DNA from: Bispira polyomma
Lineage: Eukaryota
Length of the DNA: 64,000 bases
Assembly: GCA_965649765.1 (NCBI GenBank)
Contig: OZ287761.1
Coordinates: 15,748,001-15,812,000 of the forward strand
Direction of reading: 5' to 3'
Shown here: piece after piece, positions 26,028-37,281 of the stretch
How positions within the stretch are numbered: the first letter of the stretch is position 1
Layout: each line of letters starts with the position of its first letter
Notes under the pieces: model-generated
What the model was told of the DNA's origin: nothing
What the model saw: the letters and a program-made list of their open reading frames with translations, nothing else
Database searches by the model: none
Position numbers and translations under genes: made by a program

Positions 26028-29000
26028 TAATCTTAATCTAATCTAATCGTACTTTTATAGCGCTTAATCTTTGTACAACAAATTCTAAGGCGCAACTAAC
26101 CTAAGCATTAATCAAAAAAATCAGAAATGGGGGACGGATGGTGGTCATAACCAGAGAGACTACCGGGATGGTTGCGATGGCTAAGGTGGAAAGGCCTGTT
26201 CGAAAAGGTAGGCCTTCAGTTTACTCCTAAAAGAGGAGAACGTTTGAGCCAAGCGAACATGATCAGGCAGGCTGTTCCATATGAAGGGGCCATCATGAGC
26301 AAGGCAATGATTGAAATGTACTTTGGATTTGTGGATGCGAAGGTCGAAAGTGGGAATGTTAAGATATAACTTATCAGGGTTACTGCGCCTAGTCCTGACT
26401 GAGCATGTATATTTGGATAGATGGGGGCTGAAATAGGTGGGTGATCCAGAATTTAGAAATTTGTATATAATTGTTGCAATTTTGAAAGCAACACGATATT
26501 TTATTGGGAGCCAGTGGAGTGACTTAAGTACAGGAGTAATATGAGAAAATTTAGAAGTTTTGGCCACGATGCGAGCCAATGAGTGTTGAACGTTCTGAAG
26601 ACGTTTGAGGTCACTACAAGATAGGGAACGGAACAGAGAGTTGCAGTAATCAAGCCTACTGCTGACCAAGGCGTTGGCAACAGTGATTGCAGTGGATTTG
26701 GTTAGATAACGCCTAATTCGCCTGAAATCACGGAGGCCAACAAAACATGATCTACACACGGATGCAACATGGTTGGAGAAGGAGAATTCAGAGTCAAACA
26801 ACACGCCCAGGTTGCGTACTTTGTCAGCTGGGAAAAGCCTGCTGCCAAGAATATCAACTGGGAAACAGCTGGACAGTTTTTCCTGTTGCAACTTGGAGCC
26901 AAACAAAATAAACTCGGTCTTATCAGGGTTCAGCTTGAGTTTATTTGCTGCCATCCAGTGTTGTACATCAACAAGGCAGTTCTGTAAGGAGTTGAAAGCT
27001 GCCTGGGCAGAATCGGGTATAAGGTGGATGTACAATTGGGTATCATCCGCAGAGAAGTGAAAGTTTATGTTTTTGTATGCAGCAATGATCTTGCTGAATG
27101 GGGTGGTATACATTGAGAACAAAATGGGACCCAGGACTGAGCCCTTGGGAACCCCAAATTTTAACCATGTAGGGTCGGACAAGATGGTGCCAATTTTGAC
27201 CGATTGGAATCTATCAGACAAATACGCCGTGAACCATTTAAGTGCAGTACCGTTGATACCAAACCAAGACGATAGGCACTCAAGAAGAACTTTGTGATCA
27301 ATAGTATCAAATGCTGCCGACAGATCCAGCAGTACTAAGGCAGTAGGCATACCTTTAGATAAAGATATATGAACGTCATTTTTGATGCAGAGTAGTGCAG
27401 TCTCTGTAGAATGACCACTTCTGTACGCTGACTGATACTTATTGCATAGATTACTAACGTCGAGATGTTGTTTGATCTGTAAGGCGACCACGCGTTCAAC
27501 CAACTTAGAGATATAGCAAAGGCCTGAGACAGGACGGTAGTTTTTCAAGTCAGCCTGTGGGAGAGAAGATTTTTTTATTAAAGGAGTGACAATGGCTTTT
27601 TTAAAATCATTTGGAAAGACGCCATTGACCAATGAGAGGTTAACAAGTTTGGTGATTGAGGGCAATAAAATGTCAATACATTCCTTAACAAGGAATGTAG
27701 GCCACGGATCTAACAAGCAAGATTTTACGGGTGATGTAAGTATAATTTTCCTGACCTCATCAACAGTTACTGTGGAGAAACGGTTGAAGATGGTTGGTGG
27801 AGCTGATGGTAAAGGAGCATTTGGGGCAGCTGATGTAAAACTATCACGAATTCTGGTAATCTTATCAGTAAAAAAAGTACTAAAAATGTTTGCCAGTGAT
27901 TTACTATTGCTGTTGTCAGGTAGTATAGTCTGTTTTTTCCGGTGTAGGGTGCTGTTTAATTTCTCCCAGAGTTTCTTTGAGTCACCCTCGCTTTCTGTGA
28001 TCATGTTGGTGTAGTATACACGTTTGGCATCATTGATGGTGTTATTGCACCTGGTGATGCATTGGCGTAGTCGCGACCTGTTTGCGGTAGTTTTGTTTCG
28101 GCGCCATGTCTGTTCAGCTTGTCTACGCAGCATCTTCAACTCCCGGTACCTACCAGTGATCCACTCAGGTGCAGGCTTCTTCAATGTCTTAGACTTACAC
28201 GGAGCATGGCGTTCTAGGAGAGATTGTAGGTCGGCACAGTACTGCGTGTATAGATCCGTTGCATTATCAGCAGGAGACTTGACGAAGGCCGTATCGGCCA
28301 ACTCTCGTCTGAGGTCTGACATATTTATTTTTTTAAATTGACGAAAAGTGATTTGTGTGACAGCAAAAGATTGCTGGGAGGGAGCATCAAGTTCGCAGGA
28401 TATTGACAAATGATCGCTGATGCAACCAATGTTTTTTATATTTCTGATACCATTGAAATCAGTAGGAGTTAGCAGGCAGTCTAGTGTATGCCCATGAATA
28501 TGGGTAGGGAAGTTTATGTGTTGGATAAGGTTGCAAGATTCCAGAACAGTAGAGAAGTGATTACTATTACTAGATGCGGTGTCCATGTGGATATTGAAAT
28601 CACCACAGAATATAGTAGGAGAGGGTAACGAGCAAGTGAACCCGACAAAAGAGATGAATTCTTCAAAAAATGTGGTGAGATTTGAACCAGGAGGTCGATA
28701 AACTGTTGCAAAATTTAAACAATGGTTCTTCCAGTGAGCAGAGACAAGGATGAGTTCGAAAGATGTAAAACTAGGTGCAGCAACTAACTGACATTCATAG
28801 TTCTTTTTGATAAAACGTCCCACCCCCCCACCCTGTTTTCCTACACGAGGGTTATGGAATAGCTGAAAGTCAGCTGGTGTAAGGTCAGAGAGGAAAGATG
28901 GAGTATCGTAACTCCTAATATGTGTTTCTGTGATGCCAAAAATATCTATAGAAGACGAGTCAATCAAATCGGCTATGACAGGGCCTTTATTCCGCAATGA

Positions 29001-29410
29001 GCGGGCATTTCCAAATCCGAACTGAATTGGGCCAGGGTTACTCGGGATATCACCTGCCAGTAGAATAGTAATGAGTTTGAATGTTTTAGCCTTTGGTAGG
29101 TAATTGACTGGGCAGAATGTAGATCGAAAATAACAGTGTGTATGAAGGGACCAGAAGTGTGGAACAGGATTGCAAGACAAATTAATGTCTTCCAGGTGGT
29201 ACTGCTTGGACAATGTATCAGATAGTTTTAAGTCGTTGCGGTAACAGAACGTAAGGAATGACAGGTACAAGATGGCAGCCCTAATGGCAAACATATTGTA
29301 AGGGGAGGAGTGAAAAAAACAATATTGAACAAAGGTAGAGTATAAACAAAGCAATTCGGAGAAAAACAAGGAATAAAATATTGCGTGAGGATACAAAAGG
29401 TGTGCCAAGC
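26028..29410 (-). mobile_element. Near full-length L2-clade LINE
   Basis: The ORF is followed by a ~130-nt 3'UTR ending in an L2-type stem-loop (GCGCCTTAGA...TAAGCGCTATAAAAGT) and a (GATTA)n tail at 26028-26048. No obvious TSD. The 5' boundary is uncertain. Confidence 0.88.
26181..29408 (-). CDS. Non-LTR retrotransposon ORF2: APE endonuclease plus reverse transcriptase (L2/CR1 group), with an N-terminal leader and 2A-like motif
   Basis: 1075-codon open frame. APE motifs FGNARSL, GITETH, YRPPG, GDFNIH, TLD and SDH. RT motifs KAIVTPLIKK, NYRPVS, QSAYRSGHSTETAL, LLDLSAAFDTIDH, GVPKGSVLGP, (S)ADD, LKLNPDKTE and NLGV. C-terminus WNSLP..FRSKLKAYLF. The first in-frame ATG is at 29294; 29408 is a TTG. 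Confidence 0.96.
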   Translation of the reverse strand: MAHLLYPHAIFYSLFFSELLCLYSTFVQYCFFHSSPYNMFAIRAAILYLSFLTFCYRNDLKLSDTLSKQYHLEDINLSCNPVPHFWSLHTHCYFRSTFCPVNYLPKAKTFKLITILLAGDIPSNPGPIQFGFGNARSLRNKGPVIADLIDSSSIDIFGITETHIRSYDTPSFLSDLTPADFQLFHNPRVGKQGGGVGRFIKKNYECQLVAAPSFTSFELILVSAHWKNHCLNFATVYRPPGSNLTTFFEEFISFVGFTCSLPSPTIFCGDFNIHMDTASSNSNHFSTVLESCNLIQHINFPTHIHGHTLDCLLTPTDFNGIRNIKNIGCISDHLSISCELDAPSQQSFAVTQITFRQFKKINMSDLRRELADTAFVKSPADNATDLYTQYCADLQSLLERHAPCKSKTLKKPAPEWITGRYRELKMLRRQAEQTWRRNKTTANRSRLRQCITRCNNTINDAKRVYYTNMITESEGDSKKLWEKLNSTLHRKKQTILPDNSNSKSLANIFSTFFTDKITRIRDSFTSAAPNAPLPSAPPTIFNRFSTVTVDEVRKIILTSPVKSCLLDPWPTFLVKECIDILLPSITKLVNLSLVNGVFPNDFKKAIVTPLIKKSSLPQADLKNYRPVSGLCYISKLVERVVALQIKQHLDVSNLCNKYQSAYRSGHSTETALLCIKNDVHISLSKGMPTALVLLDLSAAFDTIDHKVLLECLSSWFGINGTALKWFTAYLSDRFQSVKIGTILSDPTWLKFGVPKGSVLGPILFSMYTTPFSKIIAAYKNINFHFSADDTQLYIHLIPDSAQAAFNSLQNCLVDVQHWMAANKLKLNPDKTEFILFGSKLQQEKLSSCFPVDILGSRLFPADKVRNLGVLFDSEFSFSNHVASVCRSCFVGLRDFRRIRRYLTKSTAITVANALVSSRLDYCNSLFRSLSCSDLKRLQNVQHSLARIVAKTSKFSHITPVLKSLHWLPIKYRVAFKIATIIYKFLNSGSPTYFSPHLSKYTCSVRTRRSNPDKLYLNIPTFDLRIHKSKVHFNHCLAHDGPFIWNSLPDHVRLAQTFSSFRSKLKAYLFEQAFPP

Positions 29411-29683
29411 GCTACATTTTTACATTTCTTACATTTTCTTGTACATGTATTTTTCATGAGCAAAAGTTATACCGTCCCTGTTTTGACTTGCCAATGATAT
29501 TGGTGTATTTTGAGGCTTCTTAAAAGAACAATGTCAGCGAAAAACACCTTAACATTGTGTGATCTTGTTAATTGCCATAGCAAACGTCATAGTAATATGA
29601 ATTACCACTTCTCTGCGACATAGTGCTAACAATAATAATAACCTGTGCTTACAGTAAAAGATACAGTCTAACACAGGTAAATA

Positions 29684-29911
29684 TAGAGTAAGGAATCTAA
29701 AATTTGCCACTGTATCTGAAATTCGTCACCTAGAATATGTTGTGTTTTTGGTGGAATTGTGGGTAATATTTGCTGAAATTGAGTTTTTTGTGACTATTTT
29801 GCCTTCCTTGCTTAAATTTCACTCATTTTTCGACAGTTTTAATCGATTCCGCTTAAATTTTAGAAGTGACGAATTTCAGATACAATGGCGGATTTCAGAT
29901 TCCTTACTCTA
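29684..29911. mobile_element. MITE family C
   Basis: Both TIRs present. Confidence 0.88.
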
Positions 29912-30476
29912 ATTAACAATGACCCAGTTTGTAGAAATGTTGTTGAAGTGTTTGCAGACCTAAGCTTGTTTGTACATTTTACCAAGATTTTTACAATAAA
30001 ATATGAGTCGCGTCAGCATAAATATATTGTATGTTTTTTTTGTACCCATCAATGTATATTTATATAAGAAATGATGTGATCACTTAACTGCCCCAGTTTA
30101 TACCAATCAATCAAGTTCTACCAGCTAAAGCAATGATTGCTTCCTGAATGTTGTTTGGACAGCAGGGGTTTTAAGTAGAACTGAAGTTAACTGTACTCAT
30201 TGTATCATGTCCTCCATTAGATTTATCACAAAAATCGGATATGTAATTCCCCCCCCCCCCCCTGCCCCCGCTATTTAATGTGTGCGTCTATCCTGGGGTA
30301 TGTGCGGCACAGATCCTATGAGGCAGATTGCATTTTTGTAACCCACAGTGAATCGACAATAACGAATATTTCGAATTTTAAAAAAATCAAATATTGCCGC
30401 CATAGGAGGCAACGAAAGGTGAAAATTAGGGCGTCATGTGTCCCCACTCGTAATTATAACTATAAAGTACTATGTA

Positions 30477-30700
30477 GTTGGTGTAGTGGGAGGACTCTCG
30501 CCTTCTAGTTCCGTGGTCATGGGTTTGAATCTAAGTTTTGTTGTATGTATGTGGAAAAGTTGACAGTTGACTTGTTGAAGGTTGGTGGTTTGCAAAAAAC
30601 TGCTCTGATTTCCTCCACCAAATTTCCGACTCAAAGTGTCTGCCTACCGAAATGTAAGACGATGTTGAAAGTGACGCTAAATCCAAGCTAAATTGAAAAC
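30477..30700 (+). mobile_element. Meta-like tRNA SINE (different head)
   Basis: A-box TGGTGTAGTGG, B-box GGTTTGAATC, core GGTGGTTT..TTTCCTCCACC, tail TGTTGAAAGTGACGCTAAA. Confidence 0.7.
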
Positions 30701-32049
30701 TTATATAACTACTAAAAAAAACCTCATTTAACTATTCAAAAACTGGACATAAAGAGGGCTTTAGTGATGGAGCCTAAATTGTCACGAAGAAAGATCACAA
30801 ACAGTTACTTGATTCCACCAAAAGTCTTTAGAAATATTTGCGGAAATCCCATTAAAAAAAATCAGGTTTATGTATTCCAGGTTCCAGTGAAAGAAAAAAA
30901 AAAAAAATAACATTTTTCATGTACACACATTCATAACACAAATACTCAGGGGGGGGGGGGGGGGGAGTAAACCGCTGACAGAAACAGATGCAGCACAAAA
31001 GCAGATTTGTTAAGCTCCTACAAACACCACACCACCACACATACATAAACAGAAGCCTTTTCTCTGATGATGATACTAAATGTAGCAAGTAAATGAACAC
31101 AAACTGCTAAAAAATGTGCCACTGGACCAAGTGTGTCTTTTTTTTGTGTGCTCCCCCTTACTTACCTAAATTCGATTTATTTTTTTGCTCAGTTATTATT
31201 GACTTGGCTGAAATTTTATGGGTGATTGGCGAATTTCAGAGACACAGTGGCAAATTTTAGAATCCTCACTCTCTTCACAGTTCTGTAAATGACTAAAACA
31301 AGAACACCACATAGCAGTCAAAAGAAGACATTGGTTGGGCTTTTATTATCTGAGTAATAAAGTGAGTGAGCAAGTGATAACACATAGGTAACTTCTACTG
31401 ACTACACTGAAGTCTCTGCTGTAATAATATTGATATGGTCTGCAGACACAGATGTACAAATTTAATAGCCAGGAGGAGGATGTTGAGTATTTGTTGGGAT
31501 GTTATTTTTGTTTCCCCTATGAGGAGCTTCAGTTGATATTTCTCCGGGTGGTTTTTGTCTGTCTCTGTCAGAAAACAGCAAAGAGACCAATTTGGTAGTT
31601 TCATCAAACTAATTATGTAAAAGCAGTTGCCCACTGTGGTTTTGGGGATATATTTTACATAATGTGTTTATATACGTGGAGTATTGGAATTTATAGGGCG
31701 CTGTTTTCATCATATACTGGATTAAAACATATTAAGTTGAAGTAGACTCTGTAACTAGATCCAGTGTAAGTTTAATTTCTCTGTATATATAAGTGAAACC
31801 AATTTTTGGGAATCCAATATTGAAAACTACTAGTGTTAAATTAGTTAGAACTCGCAGTTAGCCATCACTAGAATCGAATCCGTTGGGTATTGGACATCAT
31901 ATATTTGTTAGTAAAAATCTTGTACCAGTAAAGTAAAATTGCTCCATAAACCAACTGCTCCAAGAGAATTGTTCCAAGAAGAACAGTGTTGACAGTGAGC
32001 TTTCATATGCATAAACCAGTGTTTACTGATGAAAAAGTCTAGTTTTAGG

Positions 32050-32284
32050 TAGAGTACGGAATCTAAAATTCGCCACTGTATCTGCAAATTAGCCACCGAG
32101 AAAATGTTCTGTTTTTGGTGTAGAAATATGGGTAATATTTTTTAAAATTGAGATTTTTGTGATTATTTTGCCCTAGTTACCTGAATTACAGTTATTTTTC
32201 CCCTGCTATTTTTTGATCTGGCTTAAATTTCAGTGGTTGCGAATTTCATTTGATAGAGTTGGGAATTTTAGATTTCTTACTCTA
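32050..32284. mobile_element. MITE family C
   Basis: Both TIRs present. Confidence 0.85.
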
Positions 32285-33349
32285 ACTCTCGCTAATGGAA
32301 TCTACAAATGCTAACACCAGTGTTTTTGTTAACACCTTTTCCTTGAGACTGAGGTGATAACATAGACAGCTGAAACTTGGTTAATTACATATGTACAAAA
32401 AATGTTGTTAATATAATGATCAGATGGCATAATTAACGTGAGTTGCAGTGATGATGAAAGGTATAATTAACCCTTGAAAACTATATACCGTGTATATATA
32501 TATCATATATACAACCAGGAGCCTCGCATCATGTGCAGTAAATTGAATGAAATGATTTAATTAACAACCATCCAGTAGTGCTACCATTGGTGACGTAAGT
32601 AAGGCTAGTAATGTCATTTGCACATAAAAAAGAAGAGCAAGGAGTCTCATCCCTGCATATTTTTTATGAAATTTGAAGCTTATGGTATGATTACTGTATT
32701 CACAGGTCTTAAAATAGGTCTTAAAATTTGATCAATATCTCTTTTTTTGGGGCGAAGGGGGGGGGACGGAGTTAAAGATGTTTAACATAATCATATTTTA
32801 GAAGTACGTTCTTAAGACAGTCAGATGACAGTTAAAGAGACAGCACACAGGGAATCTACTTCAACTATAGAGACTTTAAGATGTCCTCATTGAAAAACCA
32901 GAATCGTCTGTAGCTTCCACTCTGTGCACAGTGGAATAGCAGTCTCTCTCTGTAGAACGCGGTGTAATTTCCTAGAAGGATGGATAATTTGCAGGTCATA
33001 TGGCCGCTGTGTGCATGAAAGAAAAAGTGTGGGACTGAACTCCAATTAATCAGATTAGTCATAAAAGCTACCATTCCTCCTTATAATTACTGCAGCGGTA
33101 GCAAGTAGACGCAGCAGCACTCTTCAGTATGGAAGAAAAATACCTTTTCTACAAAAGTATTGAGGATATCTATACATTACACTTGTCTATACTGGTGATT
33201 ATTAATGAATGAATTTATCTGGACACAACCTCTGGTAAGTTTTCAGTGACACTATTTTTTGGGGGGTAATTTTATTCTGGATTCATGAAGGAATTTTTTG
33301 TACATTTATTGATGGCACACTTTAAGACAAATTGGAAATTAGTTGTAAT

Positions 33350-33830
33350 TGACATAGTTAAGTATAGTGGATATTCAAACAAGTTGTGAGTGGGAAAGAA
33401 GTGGATATTCAAAAAAATTGTCGAAGGAGGGAAAGTTGACCTTAATGAAATTAGTGGAACCAAATTAACACAGTTAAGTAAAGTGGACATTCAAAAAAGT
33501 TCTGAAATTGAAAGAAGTAGATATTCATAAAAAAAAAATGTGGAAGGAACGAAAGTTGTGGACATTCATGAAAATTGTGGAGGCGCTAAAGGGAATAGCC
33601 AATATTCGGAACAAATTTTGGAGCTAGAATACAGTTGATGTTTCTCTGTTGTGTCAACACCGGACATTTAAACAAATTCTGGAAGGAAAGCGGACATTCA
33701 TGAAAATTGTGGAGGAGCCAATGAGATTATAGTAGATATTCTAAACAAATTTGTGGAGCTAGAATCTTAGTCCTCATCATTATTCAGGGCTCAATTGTCT
33801 ACAGTTGATGTTCCTCTATTGTGTCATGAC
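33350..33830. repeat. Degenerate local repeats
   Basis: Recurrent GTGGA(T/C)ATTC, GAAAATTGTGGAGG and GGAGCTAGAAT blocks. Confidence 0.6.
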
Positions 33831-34335
33831 CATGTACATTGTTGAGATGCTAGGCTTGAACTCAGGTCCTCACTTTGGTCACGTCCAGCAGGTATGCCGG
33901 TGATTGTGTGTTACTTAGTCAAAATGGAGTCCAGGACAGCGACATTGTTTCACACGGAGCCGACCCCGTCCTCCGAAAACGCGGATACCCAATGTTCCAG
34001 TTTTAACCGAATGCACAATTACCTGAAAGTCCGGCAGTATAGGTTTAATGGAAGCATCACTAGCCTCAATTCCTCAGTGAGTACCATCTATTTTTATAGA
34101 GAAATACTACTACCACATTTCCTAACAATAGCTATTTGTTAAGAGTCATCAAACTCATTGGTCAATGCAGACAAGCGATTTTTAAGGTATAGCACTACCT
34201 TAACCAGGCTAAGGGTCCACGTATGGAGCATTCAAATGCAATTGTTGGAATTTTTTAGATTCAGCCAATCAGATTCTTTAACAAAAGTTATATATCTGAC
34301 TGTAAATGGTCACAAGTGCAGGTTATTTCTATTTA

Positions 34336-35028
34336 GGTTGTATTGAAAGTAGATAACCGTTGAATGAACACATTCCATGGCACCAACTGTTGAATGTGTA
34401 CATTCAATGATTTATCTGTAAAGAGTATACATTCAACAGCTAAAACTGTTAAATGTATACTCTCCATGGGCTGAGTCATTGAATTTATACTTGTTTCTTA
34501 GAAAGATCAAAGCAGTATATATTTTGTCATCTTAAAGGAGTTCATTAATATCAAAGCAAGGTGATTAAAGAGATCACAAATATAATCTGTAGTTGAGTAA
34601 GTCCAAATTATAAATAAAAGACCCATTGTACCCTTGATATTTTAATGTATTTAATTGTTATTAAGATCAAAGCAACACCCCCTACTTTTACAGCTAGGTG
34701 ATTAAAAAGCCCTATGTACCCCTTGATATACTAATCCAAGTAAAGCAATACCTTCTTTGAAGTAAGGATTAACAATACAGATATGGTTAAAGAATGGAAT
34801 CAAACTGATTTGTACATATTGAAATAATAAAATTATTAAATTTTACCTACATTCAATAACCTAGATTGTGAAATGTACACTCTCCACAATATACTCATTG
34901 AATCTCTTCATTCCATGGATGTCAGCTGTTGAATGTACACATTCAATGACTAGTCTGTAGAATGTATAGATTCAACAGTTAAGCCATGGAATGTTTACAT
35001 TTAACGGTTATCTACTTTCAATACAACA
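34336..35028. mobile_element. Foldback-like element with long modular inverted arms
   Basis: TTGTATTGAAAGTAGATAACCGTTGAATG at the left end, inverted at 34992-35026. The arms are built from palindromic TTGAATGTRYACATTCAA units. Confidence 0.8.
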
Positions 35029-35551
35029 TATATATAAGAGTTATACATTGCCTTCACTTGAGTGGATATTTTAGCTTGAGTATCTTTGAAGAATCATTCC
35101 TACTCTATATGTACAAAGATTTCTTCATTGCCTGAAATTCATTCAAGATCTCATCTTCTAATGAATACAATATATACTATTTCTTTCTAGTAATGACATT
35201 GTATTTGGCCAATGATACAGTGGATCTAACCTAATATTTTGTTCTACATTTAGCTGTAAGAGCTTATTGTTGAGTTACTACTTCAGAATTTTTTACCTCA
35301 TTGTGTCAACTCTGAATCAAGTGGCACTCACGTTTATTACACTTGTCATTCAGTGGAAGAAATGTCAAACCATTCAGGTTTATTACATTTATTCTTCAGT
35401 TACAATGGCTTTATCACCCTGTAACAATTATATAATACTTAAAAAAATAATATTTTGCCTTGGGGAGAAATATTTCAGAAAATGTTTCTTTGTCACCCCA
35501 GCATTCAAATAGCCATTGTCATTCTGTTATGTTTAAATATCGCATTCGCAC

Positions 35552-35712
35552 TATAGCCCCTGTTACATCCATACCCTTTTTATGACTAATTTATATAGCC
35601 CCTGTTACATCCATACCCTTTTTATGACTAATTTATATAGCCCCTGTTTCATCCATACCCTTTTTATGACTAATTTATATAGCCCCTGTTACATCCATAT
35701 CCTTTTTATGAC
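35552..35712. repeat. 42-bp minisatellite, about 3.8 copies
   Basis: TATAGCCCCTGTTACATCCATACCCTTTTTATGACTAATTTA. Confidence 0.92.
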
Positions 35713-35949
35713 ATCATTTTATCTAGCATATATATGTACTATCATAAAATATATATACCAGGGTGCTATTTATAAGGTAGTCAATAGCATATTTAAAGCA
35801 ATTGTCTCTGACAAGATACTTCAGTATCACAGAAGCCTTAGCATCCACTAGTACGGAGAGTAAGCACCATTAAAGAATTGATTAGATTAGGCTAGGAACT
35901 CTACATTCAGTATAGTGTTGTATCACTCATATAAATACAGAAACAAGTA

Positions 35950-36299
35950 ATGGTCCATTCATATTGTACCGAATGCGGATTTATCAAGGAATTTGGCAGT
36001 ATACACAAAAACGAATTTGATACACTTGCAGTTCATACACAGCCAAAATATTCGTCCGAATCTTGCGCACAGGTGTCACTTTTTCTAATGGTTTAGATAG
36101 TGTTGTTTTATTTCCACTTGCTTCTATTTATCTTCCTCAACAATATGTGTGAAAATTAGAAAAAAAGATTCCTGCAACATTTGATTCTTACCGAATTTTT
36201 AGATCACTACCCTGATTCGTGGCAGTGTGAATGCTCATGTTAATTTATAACAACCAACGAAACCGTATATCCGGATTTGTTGCCATGTGAATGGGCCTA
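35950..36299. mobile_element. PIF/Harbinger-like MITE
   Basis: GGTCCATTCATATTG...CATGTGAATGGGCC. Inverted copy at 47172-47521. Confidence 0.72.
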
Positions 36300-37029
36300 C
36301 CCCTTGATATGTTAGATGTATATTGGTCAACATCGACCCAAATATACTTACAGTGTAGGCACTTTCCTTGTGTCAGATGTAGAGCAGAAGCTTCAGATGT
36401 TTTCGGTCAGGGAGCAAAATAAAGCAGCATATCTGGTAGAAGTCGAGAGATTTTATGCCACAAAGCAAGGATTTGATTTAGTACTTAGTTAAATTGAATC
36501 ATTAATATTGGCTGCTTGGAAACAAAAACCTATCTGATCAGCCCATGTAAAATCAGCTGATGTTGGAATCGGCAACACGGAAGCGCAGGCTAACTATCTG
36601 TCTGGGATTTTTTTAAGGCTCTCAATTGTTGATATTGAAAAATTTATAAATTATTTTAACTAAAAAAAAAAATTGTACAAATTGCAATTTTTTAGATGAT
36701 GCCTAAATTATGTAATAAATGTTTTTAGATGACGCCTAAATTATGCAATAAAAGATACCTTTCATAAATGAACTGAAGCATATACAAGTTTCTCGGTTTG
36801 GTTTGTGTGACTGACTAATTTCTTGTTTTAAGTATCTGATGCAAAAAACACATTGATAATGTGGTAAAATAAATGTTGCCGTTGTTATGAATATTGTGAC
36901 AAAAAATTATTGATTGATATCCAAAACGGTGTGGTATAAGAACACACTAAATATTACATAAAGTGTGGTGGGTGGAAGCGGGTGACTAAATTAAAAGGGA
37001 CTGTAACTGGTTGAGTGCTTAACAATGAA

Positions 37030-37281
37030 TCTGGTCTTGTATTCTTGAACATATATTCGGCTTACACTCAGCTCAAATCTGGAGTCTCTCTATAACTCTG
37101 CAAAACAGTACACAATCATATTCTAAAATTTGACTTCATATTTGAATTCAGTGTTGGAAGCTCTATTAAAATCAATGCTCACAAGTATAGGTTACTTTCG
37201 TGTGCACAGACTTGCATACAGCCTATATTTGAGTTGAGTATATGAGTCTAAGCAGAGTTTATTTTAAGATTACCAGGCCAG
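37030..37281. mobile_element. MITE family D
   Basis: Core and termini. Confidence 0.8.

Noticed and set aside
26172-28341. Plus-strand ORFs of 65-142 aa overlapping the LINE
   Set aside because: They are antisense shadows of the RT frame with no recognisable domains.
26010-29460. Target-site duplication around the full LINE
   Set aside because: I found no convincing direct repeat at the two ends.
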